Shown here piece after piece: positions 15,513 through 22,802 of a DNA stretch of 39,729 nt. Location: positions 1 through 39,729 of IMG/VR virus record IMGVR_UViG_3300027432_000001. The stretch is one strand, 5' to 3'. A model generated the notes under the pieces. The model had not been told where the DNA came from, did not search any database, and was given only the letters and a program-made list of their open reading frames with translations. Source of the DNA: a virus. The translations under genes were made by a program, and so were the position numbers. The first letter of the stretch is position 1; every line of letters starts with the position of its first letter.

Positions 15513-16229
15513 TCAAGCGAAATCTTTTGTTTTAAGTTTGAACATTATGGGACCACCTTTGCGGAACATCATCTGCGGTTCGCTTCTTGCAACGATACCC
15601 TCCATCTGATTCTTCTGTACCTGAGCTATTTGAGATACCGGCATCATCTTCACATACTGTACTATTTCTTCTGTTGTCCATACGAGTCTATTCAATTGGG
15701 GGATATTAAGCAAAGGCACCGCGTCAATCCCAAGTTCCTCGGCTACTTCAGCTACTCCCTCTCGCGTCAGCCACCACCCAGAGACGTATGCATCAAACAA
15801 AATAAACGATGCATCCTTTCGGTAGTATCCACCACTCTGTATCTTGGGACTGTAGCCCTCCCCGAACAAAATAACGTAATTAGATTCCTTGAATACCTCG
15901 TGCATTTTTTGTGCGGAAAAAGTTGATTGGAGATACGTGAATAGAAACGTTGGAAATTGAGCGTTGTCAGTACGTCCTCGAAAATCCAATACAAATTTTT
16001 CCCTGTCGATAGCGTTTCTCTGGAAAATAATCCTAACGTTTGTGCCGTCCACTTTCTCTGTGACGCTCCATGTATTAATAGCCGCGAACTCTGGGCATGC
16101 ATATTGTCCCTCGATTATTGCACTCTTCCTTGGCTTCTTCTCCAAGTCGCTCACGTATCGATGCTTCTCTTCATCATACGGACCGCAACCTTCTCTCATA
16201 TACAAGCTATCGATCTTCGGATATTCCAT
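15513..16229 (-). CDS. ATP-dependent RNA ligase-like nucleotidyltransferase (238 aa, Rnl2/Rnl5-like)
   Basis: Motif I TEKVDGTNVRI, III ILFGEGYSPKIQ, IIIa FILFDAYV, IV MEGIVARS, V MFKLKTKDF, in canonical order. AAGGAGGG RBS. Confidence 0.7.
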   Translation of the reverse strand: MEYPKIDSLYMREGCGPYDEEKHRYVSDLEKKPRKSAIIEGQYACPEFAAINTWSVTEKVDGTNVRIIFQRNAIDREKFVLDFRGRTDNAQFPTFLFTYLQSTFSAQKMHEVFKESNYVILFGEGYSPKIQSGGYYRKDASFILFDAYVSGWWLTREGVAEVAEELGIDAVPLLNIPQLNRLVWTTEEIVQYVKMMPVSQIAQVQKNQMEGIVARSEPQMMFRKGGPIMFKLKTKDFA

Positions 16230-16495
16230 TATCCCTCCTTATAAACATTCTTGCGAAATGAATACACATGGCCAGTCGCGATAACAAAGCACCAATACAT
16301 CCCCCCACAAGGAGAAACACAAATAGTCCAACCATCAGTAGCCATAGACCCCACAACATTATACCCAGCACAAATAAGACGATCGATTCCATCATACATT
16401 TCTCTTGGTTGTAGCGGCATTCCAAACTGGTATCCTTCCGACGGCCTCACTGGCTCGCTTGTGCTTCTCTGCGATACTCCCTTCAAACTCGTCAT
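16229..16495 (-). CDS. Hypothetical protein (88 aa)
   Basis: ATGA overlap with the upstream ORF and TAATG overlap with the ligase gene. It is part of a coupled chain. Confidence 0.55.
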   Translation of the reverse strand: MTSLKGVSQRSTSEPVRPSEGYQFGMPLQPREMYDGIDRLICAGYNVVGSMATDGWTICVSPCGGMYWCFVIATGHVYSFRKNVYKEG

Positions 16496-16677
16496 CTTCC
16501 CGCGGCTCCTTCAACTTGATCGATTTGGGGAACCGGTGAAATTGCGGCTTGGTCAACCAACTCTTCTGCATCTAGCAACCTCTCATTCCTGTATTGTATC
16601 TGCTGTGCTAACTCGTCTCTCTCTCTCTTGGAGCAGCGTATTATCACATAATCTATATCTGAAATATCTCTGCTCAT
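16492..16677 (-). CDS. Hypothetical protein (61 aa)
   Basis: ATGA overlaps at both ends (16674..16677 and 16492..16495). Confidence 0.55.
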   Translation of the reverse strand: MSRDISDIDYVIIRCSKRERDELAQQIQYRNERLLDAEELVDQAAISPVPQIDQVEGAAGR

Positions 16678-17048
16678 TGATAAATTAATCCGAAGTAATT
16701 GTTTCTAACTAATCTAGCATGTGTCTTAACAAACTTTACTTTATTGGCAATTATGAACTTAAAAAGTCTGTTTGGCTGAAATAAATACTTGTTTTTTTCC
16801 ATTTTAATAAAATCATTCCCAGATGAATAGTGAATAAATTTTTGCATAGTACTTTCAACCATGATTGGATACTTTTTACAGAAATTGCGAGCATCCAGCC
16901 ATTCTTCCGGTTGAACTTCTGCTTCTTGCTGTCCCAACACGTATCTAGTCAGCTTGGATAACAATTTCACTGCTATATTATCCTCTGATTTAATGTGCGC
17001 TTTGGAAAATTCAGACAAACATGCTTCTAATTCATGAATTGGTGACAT
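16674..17048 (-). CDS. Hypothetical protein, possible HTH/excisionase-like (124 aa)
   Basis: GGAGG RBS 4 nt upstream. AT-rich. The segment WLDARNFCKKYPIMVESTMQKFIH has HTH-like spacing, which is weak evidence. Confidence 0.5.
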   Translation of the reverse strand: MSPIHELEACLSEFSKAHIKSEDNIAVKLLSKLTRYVLGQQEAEVQPEEWLDARNFCKKYPIMVESTMQKFIHYSSGNDFIKMEKNKYLFQPNRLFKFIIANKVKFVKTHARLVRNNYFGLIYQ

Positions 17049-17065
17049 AAAACCTCCGAAAAGTT

Positions 17066-17108
17066 ACAAAAAAATAGCGTTAAGTTTCTAAAACAAGTTA
17101 CCTAACGC
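17066..17108 (-). terminator. Weak terminator-like hairpin plus T-run
   Basis: Minus strand reads GCGTTAGG...CTTAACGC followed by TATTTTTTTG. The loop is large, so support is weak. Confidence 0.3.
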
Positions 17109-17215
17109 GAAAATGATGTAAAGGAGATTATGAAAGCAAGAAAATTGTGAAAATTTAGCAAGAATAGTAGGGACGTGACTTCATTGTATGGATGAATTTC
17201 TCTACTTTCTTACAA

Positions 17216-17998
17216 TTATTCTACATACAGTCCAGTCGCACAAATGAAAATATCTATTGTTTTTGAAGGCATAACTACTCCAACAGTTCTCAGTTTCTCC
17301 CTAGCCCAAGTGAAGCAATTTTGCGGTCTTTTTGTTTGCAGTGTAATATGAGTATAAGCCAGATTTAAATATCTATTTCTTTCCTCCCATGAATAAGAGA
17401 ATATTTTTTTGGTTATTTGTAGGTAGATAAGAGATACAGGTATCCCAATTATAGGAAATGCAGTATTTATTTTTTGGAAATTCTCAAAGGTGCTTCCAGG
17501 ATTTCTCCATTCTGAAATAATAGATCTAAGCATAGTCGGATCTGTTCTACTCAATTCCTCTAATTCCTTATCGTGTATCTCGTAGTACTCTGCTGATTTC
17601 GATAAAACCGATTGCGCACCAAATATACTGAATGGCGTTCTGTTTTCGGTTTTCTCTTTTTCCACACTATCAATCATTTGCTGAACTCTCTGGCTGGAAA
17701 CTCGCCACGTCTCCGTCTTTTTGTGATATCTGATTGTTGCTCCAGAGCGTATATTTTCTATTTCAGGCCTTCCACTAGTAGAATAAAAATAAAAACATCC
17801 TTGTTTAATGATTTCTTTTATTTTATTATCTACTGTTGAAACTCCCATGAGATGAACTTTTTTTATACATGAAATACCTTCTCTTTGTCCTTCTATTATA
17901 ATAACAGCATGATTACTTTTTTTCTTATCCGTTGTTAGTGTTACTGCCCACATGTCATTGTTTATAGTAATAGAATTATCTAATTGACTTACGCTCAT
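17216..17998 (-). CDS. Candidate permuted papain-fold (NlpC/P60 superfamily; LRAT/PPPDE-like) thiol hydrolase (260 aa)
   Basis: An N-terminal His strand KSNHAVIIIEGQREG and a C-terminal Cys motif RPQNCFTWAREKLRTVGVVMPSKTI. Compare PPPDE ([23 protein letters not shown]) and LRAT (NCEHFV). ATGA coupling at 17995..17998 sets the start. Confidence 0.4.
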   Translation of the reverse strand: MSVSQLDNSITINNDMWAVTLTTDKKKSNHAVIIIEGQREGISCIKKVHLMGVSTVDNKIKEIIKQGCFYFYSTSGRPEIENIRSGATIRYHKKTETWRVSSQRVQQMIDSVEKEKTENRTPFSIFGAQSVLSKSAEYYEIHDKELEELSRTDPTMLRSIISEWRNPGSTFENFQKINTAFPIIGIPVSLIYLQITKKIFSYSWEERNRYLNLAYTHITLQTKRPQNCFTWAREKLRTVGVVMPSKTIDIFICATGLYVE

Positions 17999-18528
17999 AT
18001 TTCTCCTTGGTTTTGTGCAGCACGCCATCTTTGCGGATATTCATCTGAAAAATGTATATCTTTTGGAGGCTGTTTTTTAAATGTTTCTATATATTGTGCT
18101 CTTGTATACGTGTCAAATATTGGATCTCCGTAGGCTCCATCATTCCACTTGTGATAATTTCGGCCATACATGCAGTCGATATAACAACATGAAATACAAT
18201 AAAATATTTTCGTTATACAACACGCTTGTTTCTCTAAAGCTTCAGCATCTTTTTCGAGACTTTCCAGTATCTGCATAACTTTGGCACCAGCGGCTCTTTC
18301 CTTGGGCGTAAATTCGAATTTAAAGTATTCAGCCCTACGAAAGATATGTTCCACGATGAAGAGCGGACTCACCCCAAACCAATAGCCTGCAACAGAGATC
18401 CTTTTTCCAAGCCAACAGACTCGTATCTTGGCCGGATTCTGATTCGTTGCACTCTTTCCGTGCTCTAGAATCGCCAACATCTCCGTCATGTTAGTAGCAT
18501 TTTCTATTTGAGTAGATAAAAAACCCAT
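17995..18528 (-). CDS. Hypothetical protein with Cys cluster (177 aa)
   Basis: Six Cys within 17 residues (ACCITKIFYCISCCYIDC). It is translationally coupled to the downstream hydrolase-like gene. Confidence 0.6.
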   Translation of the reverse strand: MGFLSTQIENATNMTEMLAILEHGKSATNQNPAKIRVCWLGKRISVAGYWFGVSPLFIVEHIFRRAEYFKFEFTPKERAAGAKVMQILESLEKDAEALEKQACCITKIFYCISCCYIDCMYGRNYHKWNDGAYGDPIFDTYTRAQYIETFKKQPPKDIHFSDEYPQRWRAAQNQGEI

Positions 18529-18529
18529 A

Positions 18530-18742
18530 CTATTTCATCTTCTCCTTCGAATCTTTACCGACCGTATCTAGCCAGAGAGCCCGCATCTTCGCCAGTATCT
18601 CTTCCTCGTTACTTGTATCGACTATTGTGTATAACTTGCCGTGCCGAATATTCCACCGTGGAACAAACTCTTGCACCTTAAGCGATACATAATCTTGACC
18701 AAACGCCCACACTGAGAAATTATGTAGATCATTTTGTAACAT
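18530..18742 (-). CDS. Hypothetical protein (70 aa)
   Basis: ATG ORF whose stop lies 1 nt before the next ATG. Located in the AT-rich island. Confidence 0.55.
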   Translation of the reverse strand: MLQNDLHNFSVWAFGQDYVSLKVQEFVPRWNIRHGKLYTIVDTSNEEEILAKMRALWLDTVGKDSKEKMK

Positions 18743-18815
18743 TTAATTTCTCTTAGGATTTTATTTAATAAAGTAAGCTACAAGTTTATCTATTAATTCT
18801 TTATTTGAAATTTGT

Positions 18816-19025
18816 TTATTCACGCTTGAAGTCCCCGTAGTCCAAATCGTCCTTCACTGCAAGTTCAAGTGACGCAAGACACCTCAGCGCGTCATCTACA
18901 AACTTTACCAGATCGTACTGCATGCACTTGTCCCGTAACACATTTAAGTGCCGAGCCTCGTACGCTATCTCAATTGATATGGCCTTCTTCTCATGGTCTG
19001 ATAATTTTTGTTTCCTCATAAGCAT
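18816..19025 (-). CDS. Hypothetical protein (69 aa)
   Basis: The ATG directly follows the upstream TAA. Confidence 0.55.
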   Translation of the reverse strand: MLMRKQKLSDHEKKAISIEIAYEARHLNVLRDKCMQYDLVKFVDDALRCLASLELAVKDDLDYGDFKRE

Positions 19026-19277
19026 TTAATCTTTTATGTTTTGTTTTAAAATTTTCCACACTACCTGTAATATGCACAGATGGTTTTCTTCAGCGACATT
19101 ACATTTTATTAAACAAAGTAATGCCGCACATAAACTATTCAGTATAGTATCTAAATCTTTTGCCGTGTCATTCGGATATTTTTTTCTCAATTCTAGATAG
19201 ATCTTTTTTCCATTCTCTACGAACTGTGGATTTTCTTCACCTGATAAATATTGGAAAACTTTTCTTTCTTCAGCCAT
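19026..19277 (-). CDS. Hypothetical protein (83 aa)
   Basis: GAGG RBS 8 nt upstream. AT-rich island. Confidence 0.55.
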   Translation of the reverse strand: MAEERKVFQYLSGEENPQFVENGKKIYLELRKKYPNDTAKDLDTILNSLCAALLCLIKCNVAEENHLCILQVVWKILKQNIKD

Positions 19278-19288
19278 CTTGTTCGCCT

Positions 19289-19549
19289 CTAATGTATCGA
19301 CTCATTCTGTCCTGCTGCGGCTGTAACAAAAAAAAGTGGAGGCGGGGCAGGGACTAATATCCAATGCGTAACATCTAAAGCAATAACGCTAGGAAAATGC
19401 CAATCATCGAAACTAATTGAGAATGTTTTATTTTGAGCACAAAAAGCAGCGCGTATTGGTTCCCATCTGTACAATTGGTCGTGAATCACCCAAACTAGGC
19501 CACTCTCCTTAGGCAACTCGTCCTTCACACTAATCCACTCGCTCATCAT
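19289..19549 (-). CDS. DUF551-like phage protein (86 aa; track ORF extends to 19600)
   Basis: WISVKDELPKESGLVWV at the N-terminus and VTHWILVPAPP at the C-terminus match the DUF551 signature (W.sv.d.LP ... vTHWmPlP.pP) as I remember it. Confidence 0.6.
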   Translation of the reverse strand: MMSEWISVKDELPKESGLVWVIHDQLYRWEPIRAAFCAQNKTFSISFDDWHFPSVIALDVTHWILVPAPPPLFFVTAAAGQNESIH

Positions 19550-19780
19550 GTCCTCCCGCGCCTCTAATAAAATGCCAAACTCGGAATTTTCGCGCCACAA
19601 AAATTAACACTCAACTTCCCACACACCAAGAAAACTAATAAAACATATCTCTATTACTTCTTCTTCTTCTAGCTTTGTGGAAATGTTCATAACCCAAATT
19701 ACATAGACAACTTCAAATATATAATAGAACTCAATAATCGTGCCTCTTTGTTCACAATTGGCATTTCTTGTTTACAACTT

Positions 19781-19892
19781 TGCTACTTCGGGAGTTATGT
19801 GCTACTTCATGAACCGTAATAACTTCTTGAACTGTGCTACTTCATCAATCGTGCTACTATCAAATAAATTCTACTAACTTTCGGAGTAGCAG
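19781..19892. repeat. Iteron-like TGCTACT repeats (4 direct, 1 inverted)
   Basis: TGCTACTTC at 19781, GTGCTACTTCAT at 19799 and 19834, GTGCTACTAT at 19851, and the inverted copy GGAGTAGCAG at 19883. Another inverted copy, CGTGCTACTA, lies at 20652..20661 upstream of terS. Confidence 0.85.
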
Positions 19893-19950
19893 AAATACTT
19901 AAAGAACAAAGTAACACTAAAAAGAAAATAACAAAAGAAAAAAAAGAAGT

Positions 19951-20052
19951 CAAATTGTAAAAAAGAAATTACTAACTAGAGAAAAACTAACCGAATTATA
20001 GAAAAAATTAACCAAATTATAGAAAAAATTAACCAAATCTGGAAAAATAATC
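19951..20052. repeat. AT-rich 21-bp tandem repeat array (2 perfect plus about 3 degenerate units)
   Basis: ATTATAGAAAAAATTAACCAA occurs at 19995..20015 and 20016..20036, flanked by degenerate copies. Confidence 0.85.
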
Positions 20053-20195
20053 TGTGTACCTGTGAATATGACTATGTATCGCCTGTATGGGGCAAGTGGC
20101 ATCGCTTTCTAGAGTATTTTCATTTTTACTTGTCATCAATTCTCTAGTGCAAACAAGGCGTTCATAATTGTTATTACGGTACACTCTTGCTCTGA

Positions 20196-20603
20196 CTAGT
20201 CTGTAGGATGCTTACCCTTTGCATAGTTGACCACGTTCACTTGAACCTGCCCCTTATGTTCGCTCTCAACATCTATCTTGTCACGCCAGCCGTATCTATT
20301 GGCCATGTTGTAGAACCATGTGCGACTGTTCCCGAGGCACTCTCCCAAAGCTTGCCGTAGTCCGATACGCTCCCAAGAATCGCGACCAAGGCGTCTAGCG
20401 TGCTCCAGGTCATCGTCATTGAATTCATCTGGATATCTCTTCATCAGTTCATTTAGCGTTGCTCTACTGATCCATTCGAATGAATCTAGGCTCATGCCTT
20501 TTTCGAGATGTTTGACAAGTTCTTTAAAGATCATGTTTCTGAACAATTTGTCTTCTTGTACTTTTTTATTGATCTCTCTTTGAGTTAATTTCCTGCCCTT
20601 CAT
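20196..20603 (-). CDS. terS: Terminase small subunit-like protein (135 aa; track ORF extends to 20660)
   Basis: The C-terminal motif GNSRTWFYNMANRYGWRDKIDVE matches the small-terminase signature (..F.LKN..GW.Dk.e). The N-terminal HTH-like region begins GRKLTQREINKK...LEKGMSLDSF. AAGG RBS before the ATG at 20603. Confidence 0.6.
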   Translation of the reverse strand: MKGRKLTQREINKKVQEDKLFRNMIFKELVKHLEKGMSLDSFEWISRATLNELMKRYPDEFNDDDLEHARRLGRDSWERIGLRQALGECLGNSRTWFYNMANRYGWRDKIDVESEHKGQVQVNVVNYAKGKHPTD

Positions 20604-20977
20604 GGTGTACCTTTGAGTGTGCGCTTTTGTAAAGTTTGTTCTTGAGTTTAGTAGTAGCACGATTGATCTTTTTGTGTCTAGAGTGATTTAGTGCTTGTGC
20701 ACATTTTCCCATTTGTGTTATGCTCATTTCAATTCAAAGAACCTGCGATTGAGTGAAGTGCTCAAACGGGGTGAATTGAGAAAACCCATATAGACAAGCG
20801 CTATTCTCAAACGTGGAAAGCTGAATAACGACGGCGAGCGACTACGCAACGACCCGCTCAGAAACGCAAGTACAGTGAGAAGCGCGACAAGAGGAACACA
20901 TGAGAACAAGCAAGAAAGAAGTAGAGTCGCTTAGCATTCAAAATCAGAAAGAGCGAATCAAACTAAGGGGAGATGAA

Positions 20978-21127
20978 ATGCTAAAATATCAGATCTACAA
21001 TTTCGTGCACCAATGTAACGTTGGACAGTCCTATTTCTCAAGAAGAAGAGCGAGGAGAAGAGCTGATAAACTCGATCTAGACTATGGCGCTATAGCACAC
21101 AGAATCATCGAAATATACACAAACTAA
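20978..21127 (+). CDS. Hypothetical small basic protein (49 aa; track ORF starts at 20900)
   Basis: AGGGGAG RBS before the ATG at 20978. First gene of the plus-strand early block. Confidence 0.45.
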   Translation: MLKYQIYNFVHQCNVGQSYFSRRRARRRADKLDLDYGAIAHRIIEIYTN

Positions 21128-21170
21128 ATCAGGGGCTTGCTTGAACAGGCCCCCAAACGAAGGAACGAAT

Positions 21171-21434
21171 ATGAGCAGAGTAACAAAAAAAGACGTATTT
21201 CAGCTATTCAAAGTACTTATAAACAATTTGAATAAACTACACAACGATCCACATTTTGGCGATGACTGGAATCTAGACTATGCAGCGTGTTATGGTGGCT
21301 ATGTTATCGAACAAGTAGGAGAGAAAGGGAGAATTTCTCATCCGCTTGGTTCAGCTAGAAGAGACGCTAAAACAATGAATAGCGCTCTCACTCTGCTAAT
21401 TTGTGCGTTAATCAATAAAGAGGTAATCAAATGA
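21171..21434 (+). CDS. Hypothetical protein, YGGY-motif family paralogue 1 (87 aa)
   Basis: AAGGA RBS 6 nt before the ATG at 21171 (the track start at 21141 is TTG). It shares ..YGGYxIE....G...xPxGxxRRxA.. with the 21878..22207 product. Confidence 0.6.
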   Translation: MSRVTKKDVFQLFKVLINNLNKLHNDPHFGDDWNLDYAACYGGYVIEQVGEKGRISHPLGSARRDAKTMNSALTLLICALINKEVIK

Positions 21435-21652
21435 CCGAATCAATTCACTCATTCAGACAAAAAGAGCTGCGAGCAATCATGCGCTTCATTGACAACGCTT
21501 ACGAAGAGGAAATAGCAACTATCCTTAGTGAAATATTAGTGTGTCATGGCTTGTGTATATTCGATTATGATACCAAGACCCGCAAGAAAGTAGGGCTTAT
21601 CAAAACGGGTGGCGTGAAAATAGAACTAGTAACAGAGGAGGAAGTGAAATGA
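21431..21652 (+). CDS. Hypothetical protein (73 aa)
   Basis: ATGA overlap with the upstream gene. Confidence 0.6.
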   Translation: MTESIHSFRQKELRAIMRFIDNAYEEEIATILSEILVCHGLCIFDYDTKTRKKVGLIKTGGVKIELVTEEEVK

Positions 21653-21885
21653 CAACATACGCTAAGTGCAGGCAATACGAAAAGGGCGAGCGATTCTTAT
21701 TTGTAAGTTTAGATGGTGACTATTCAGAATTGCAAGGTTCAATCGAATGCAGCGCAGAACTGTACGAATGCTGGCAACCGGATTGTATAAATGACGACGA
21801 ATTCAACCTAGTAATCATGCTGAATGGATTTCCCGTTAAAGCAAGAGGCTGTCACTTTGATTTTGTGGAGGTTCCAAATGAATAA
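21649..21885 (+). CDS. Hypothetical protein (78 aa)
   Basis: ATGA overlap with the upstream gene. Confidence 0.6.
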   Translation: MTTYAKCRQYEKGERFLFVSLDGDYSELQGSIECSAELYECWQPDCINDDEFNLVIMLNGFPVKARGCHFDFVEVPNE

Positions 21886-22207
21886 ATACAAAGGCGGGAA
21901 ACTGAGAGTGTTAGAGGAAGACGTGCAGCTAAAATACCGCGAGTTCCTCAAGAAGCTGCGCAAGACGTGCCCGCATTTGAAGGAAGCTACATTCAACTGG
22001 AAGCTCAATTGCTTGTACATATACGGTGGCTACTGCATTGAAGAGCAAGAAGGAATCAACACAGTAGGCTACCCATTTGGTCTACAGCGACGCAAGGCAG
22101 CGGAACAGTACAAGTGGTTTGAGCACGTGATTGAGATGCTGCAATTCTTGAGCAAGCTTAATTCGACCCCACCCCTAAAAGATTGTCCCGAAGAAAACTT
22201 AAAATAA
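21878..22207 (+). CDS. Hypothetical protein, YGGY-motif family paralogue 2 (109 aa)
   Basis: The ATG at 21878 (MNKYKGGKLRV...) overlaps the upstream stop by 8 nt. The motif is YIYGGYCIEEQEGINTVGYPFGLQRRKAAE. Confidence 0.6.
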   Translation: MNKYKGGKLRVLEEDVQLKYREFLKKLRKTCPHLKEATFNWKLNCLYIYGGYCIEEQEGINTVGYPFGLQRRKAAEQYKWFEHVIEMLQFLSKLNSTPPLKDCPEENLK

Positions 22208-22222
22208 CCCAAAAGGAAGCAC

Positions 22223-22408
22223 ATGAACAAAGAAATAATATACCAAGATGAAACAATCTCGATAACCCTGGAAAAACTGGGGGATATTCTTATGAAATGT
22301 CAAAATCACTTAATTGTGTTTGATTGGAAAAGAAAGAGTATAGATAGCGTGGAAAGTATAGGCGAAAATGGCCCTTCAATCCAACTTAATATCAGACAAC
22401 ACGAATAA
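22223..22408 (+). CDS. Hypothetical protein (61 aa)
   Basis: AAGGAAG RBS. ATG start. Confidence 0.55.
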   Translation: MNKEIIYQDETISITLEKLGDILMKCQNHLIVFDWKRKSIDSVESIGENGPSIQLNIRQHE

Positions 22409-22420
22409 CTAACCTGTAGC

Positions 22421-22639
22421 GTGGGGCTGTCACCTCGCGCTACATACAAAGCATGTGGAGATATGACGCTACAAACACGCATACAAAATGAAGAAGCGAG
22501 ACTTGCTAAACTCAAAGCTACAGGTCGAAACGACTTTATCGCTAGATCCGTCTCTGCACGAATAGAGAAAGAAACACTACAACTTAAGGCGGAATATGAG
22601 ACCTGGCGCCAAACCACTACGAGTAAACATACCGAATGA
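22421..22639 (+). CDS. Hypothetical coiled-coil protein (72 aa from GTG, or 58 aa from the ATG at 22463)
   Basis: ORF in the early block. The start is uncertain. Confidence 0.45.
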   Translation: MGLSPRATYKACGDMTLQTRIQNEEARLAKLKATGRNDFIARSVSARIEKETLQLKAEYETWRQTTTSKHTE

Positions 22640-22802
22640 GCTGCACACAATGCTCAAGAAAACGGCTATCGATCACAATATCACCATCAGTAAAATAATA
22701 ATTGATTACTTACTTTTTTTGAACAAATTCCACCACAAAACACGGAGGCTTATTAATGAAAAAACTGGATTTGCCGGCATGGATGTTAAAAACGCTGAGT
22801 GA
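22596..22802 (+). CDS. Ribbon-helix-helix (CopG/Arc-like) protein upstream of the integrase (68 aa)
   Basis: LRVNIPNELHTMLKKTAIDHNITISKIIIDYL shows a beta-strand plus two-helix pattern typical of RHH proteins. It overlaps the int start. Confidence 0.55.
   Translation: MRPGAKPLRVNIPNELHTMLKKTAIDHNITISKIIIDYLLFLNKFHHKTRRLINEKTGFAGMDVKNAE

Noticed and set aside
16207-16425. 72-aa two-TM ORF overlapping 16229..16495 on the same strand
   Set aside because: The competing frame (16229..16495) is locked into the operon by ATGA and TAATG overlaps at both ends. The TM-like ORF has no RBS and overlaps the ligase start. An overprinted gene cannot be excluded.
19951-20052. Possibility that the 21-bp or 22-bp tandem repeats form a CRISPR array
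   Set aside because: The repeats are directly adjacent with no spacers, there are only 2-5 units, and they are AT-rich. The pattern is not CRISPR-like.
20724-20909. 61-aa minus-strand ORF, plus a 53-aa basic ORF at about 20570..20730, in the terS / early-gene divergent region
   Set aside because: There is no RBS and the composition is low-complexity. The region is more plausibly a divergent promoter region.
21131-21155. GGGGC-N13-GCCCC hairpin after the first early ORF as a terminator
   Set aside because: The stem is only 5 bp, the loop is long and no T-run follows. It is too weak to call.
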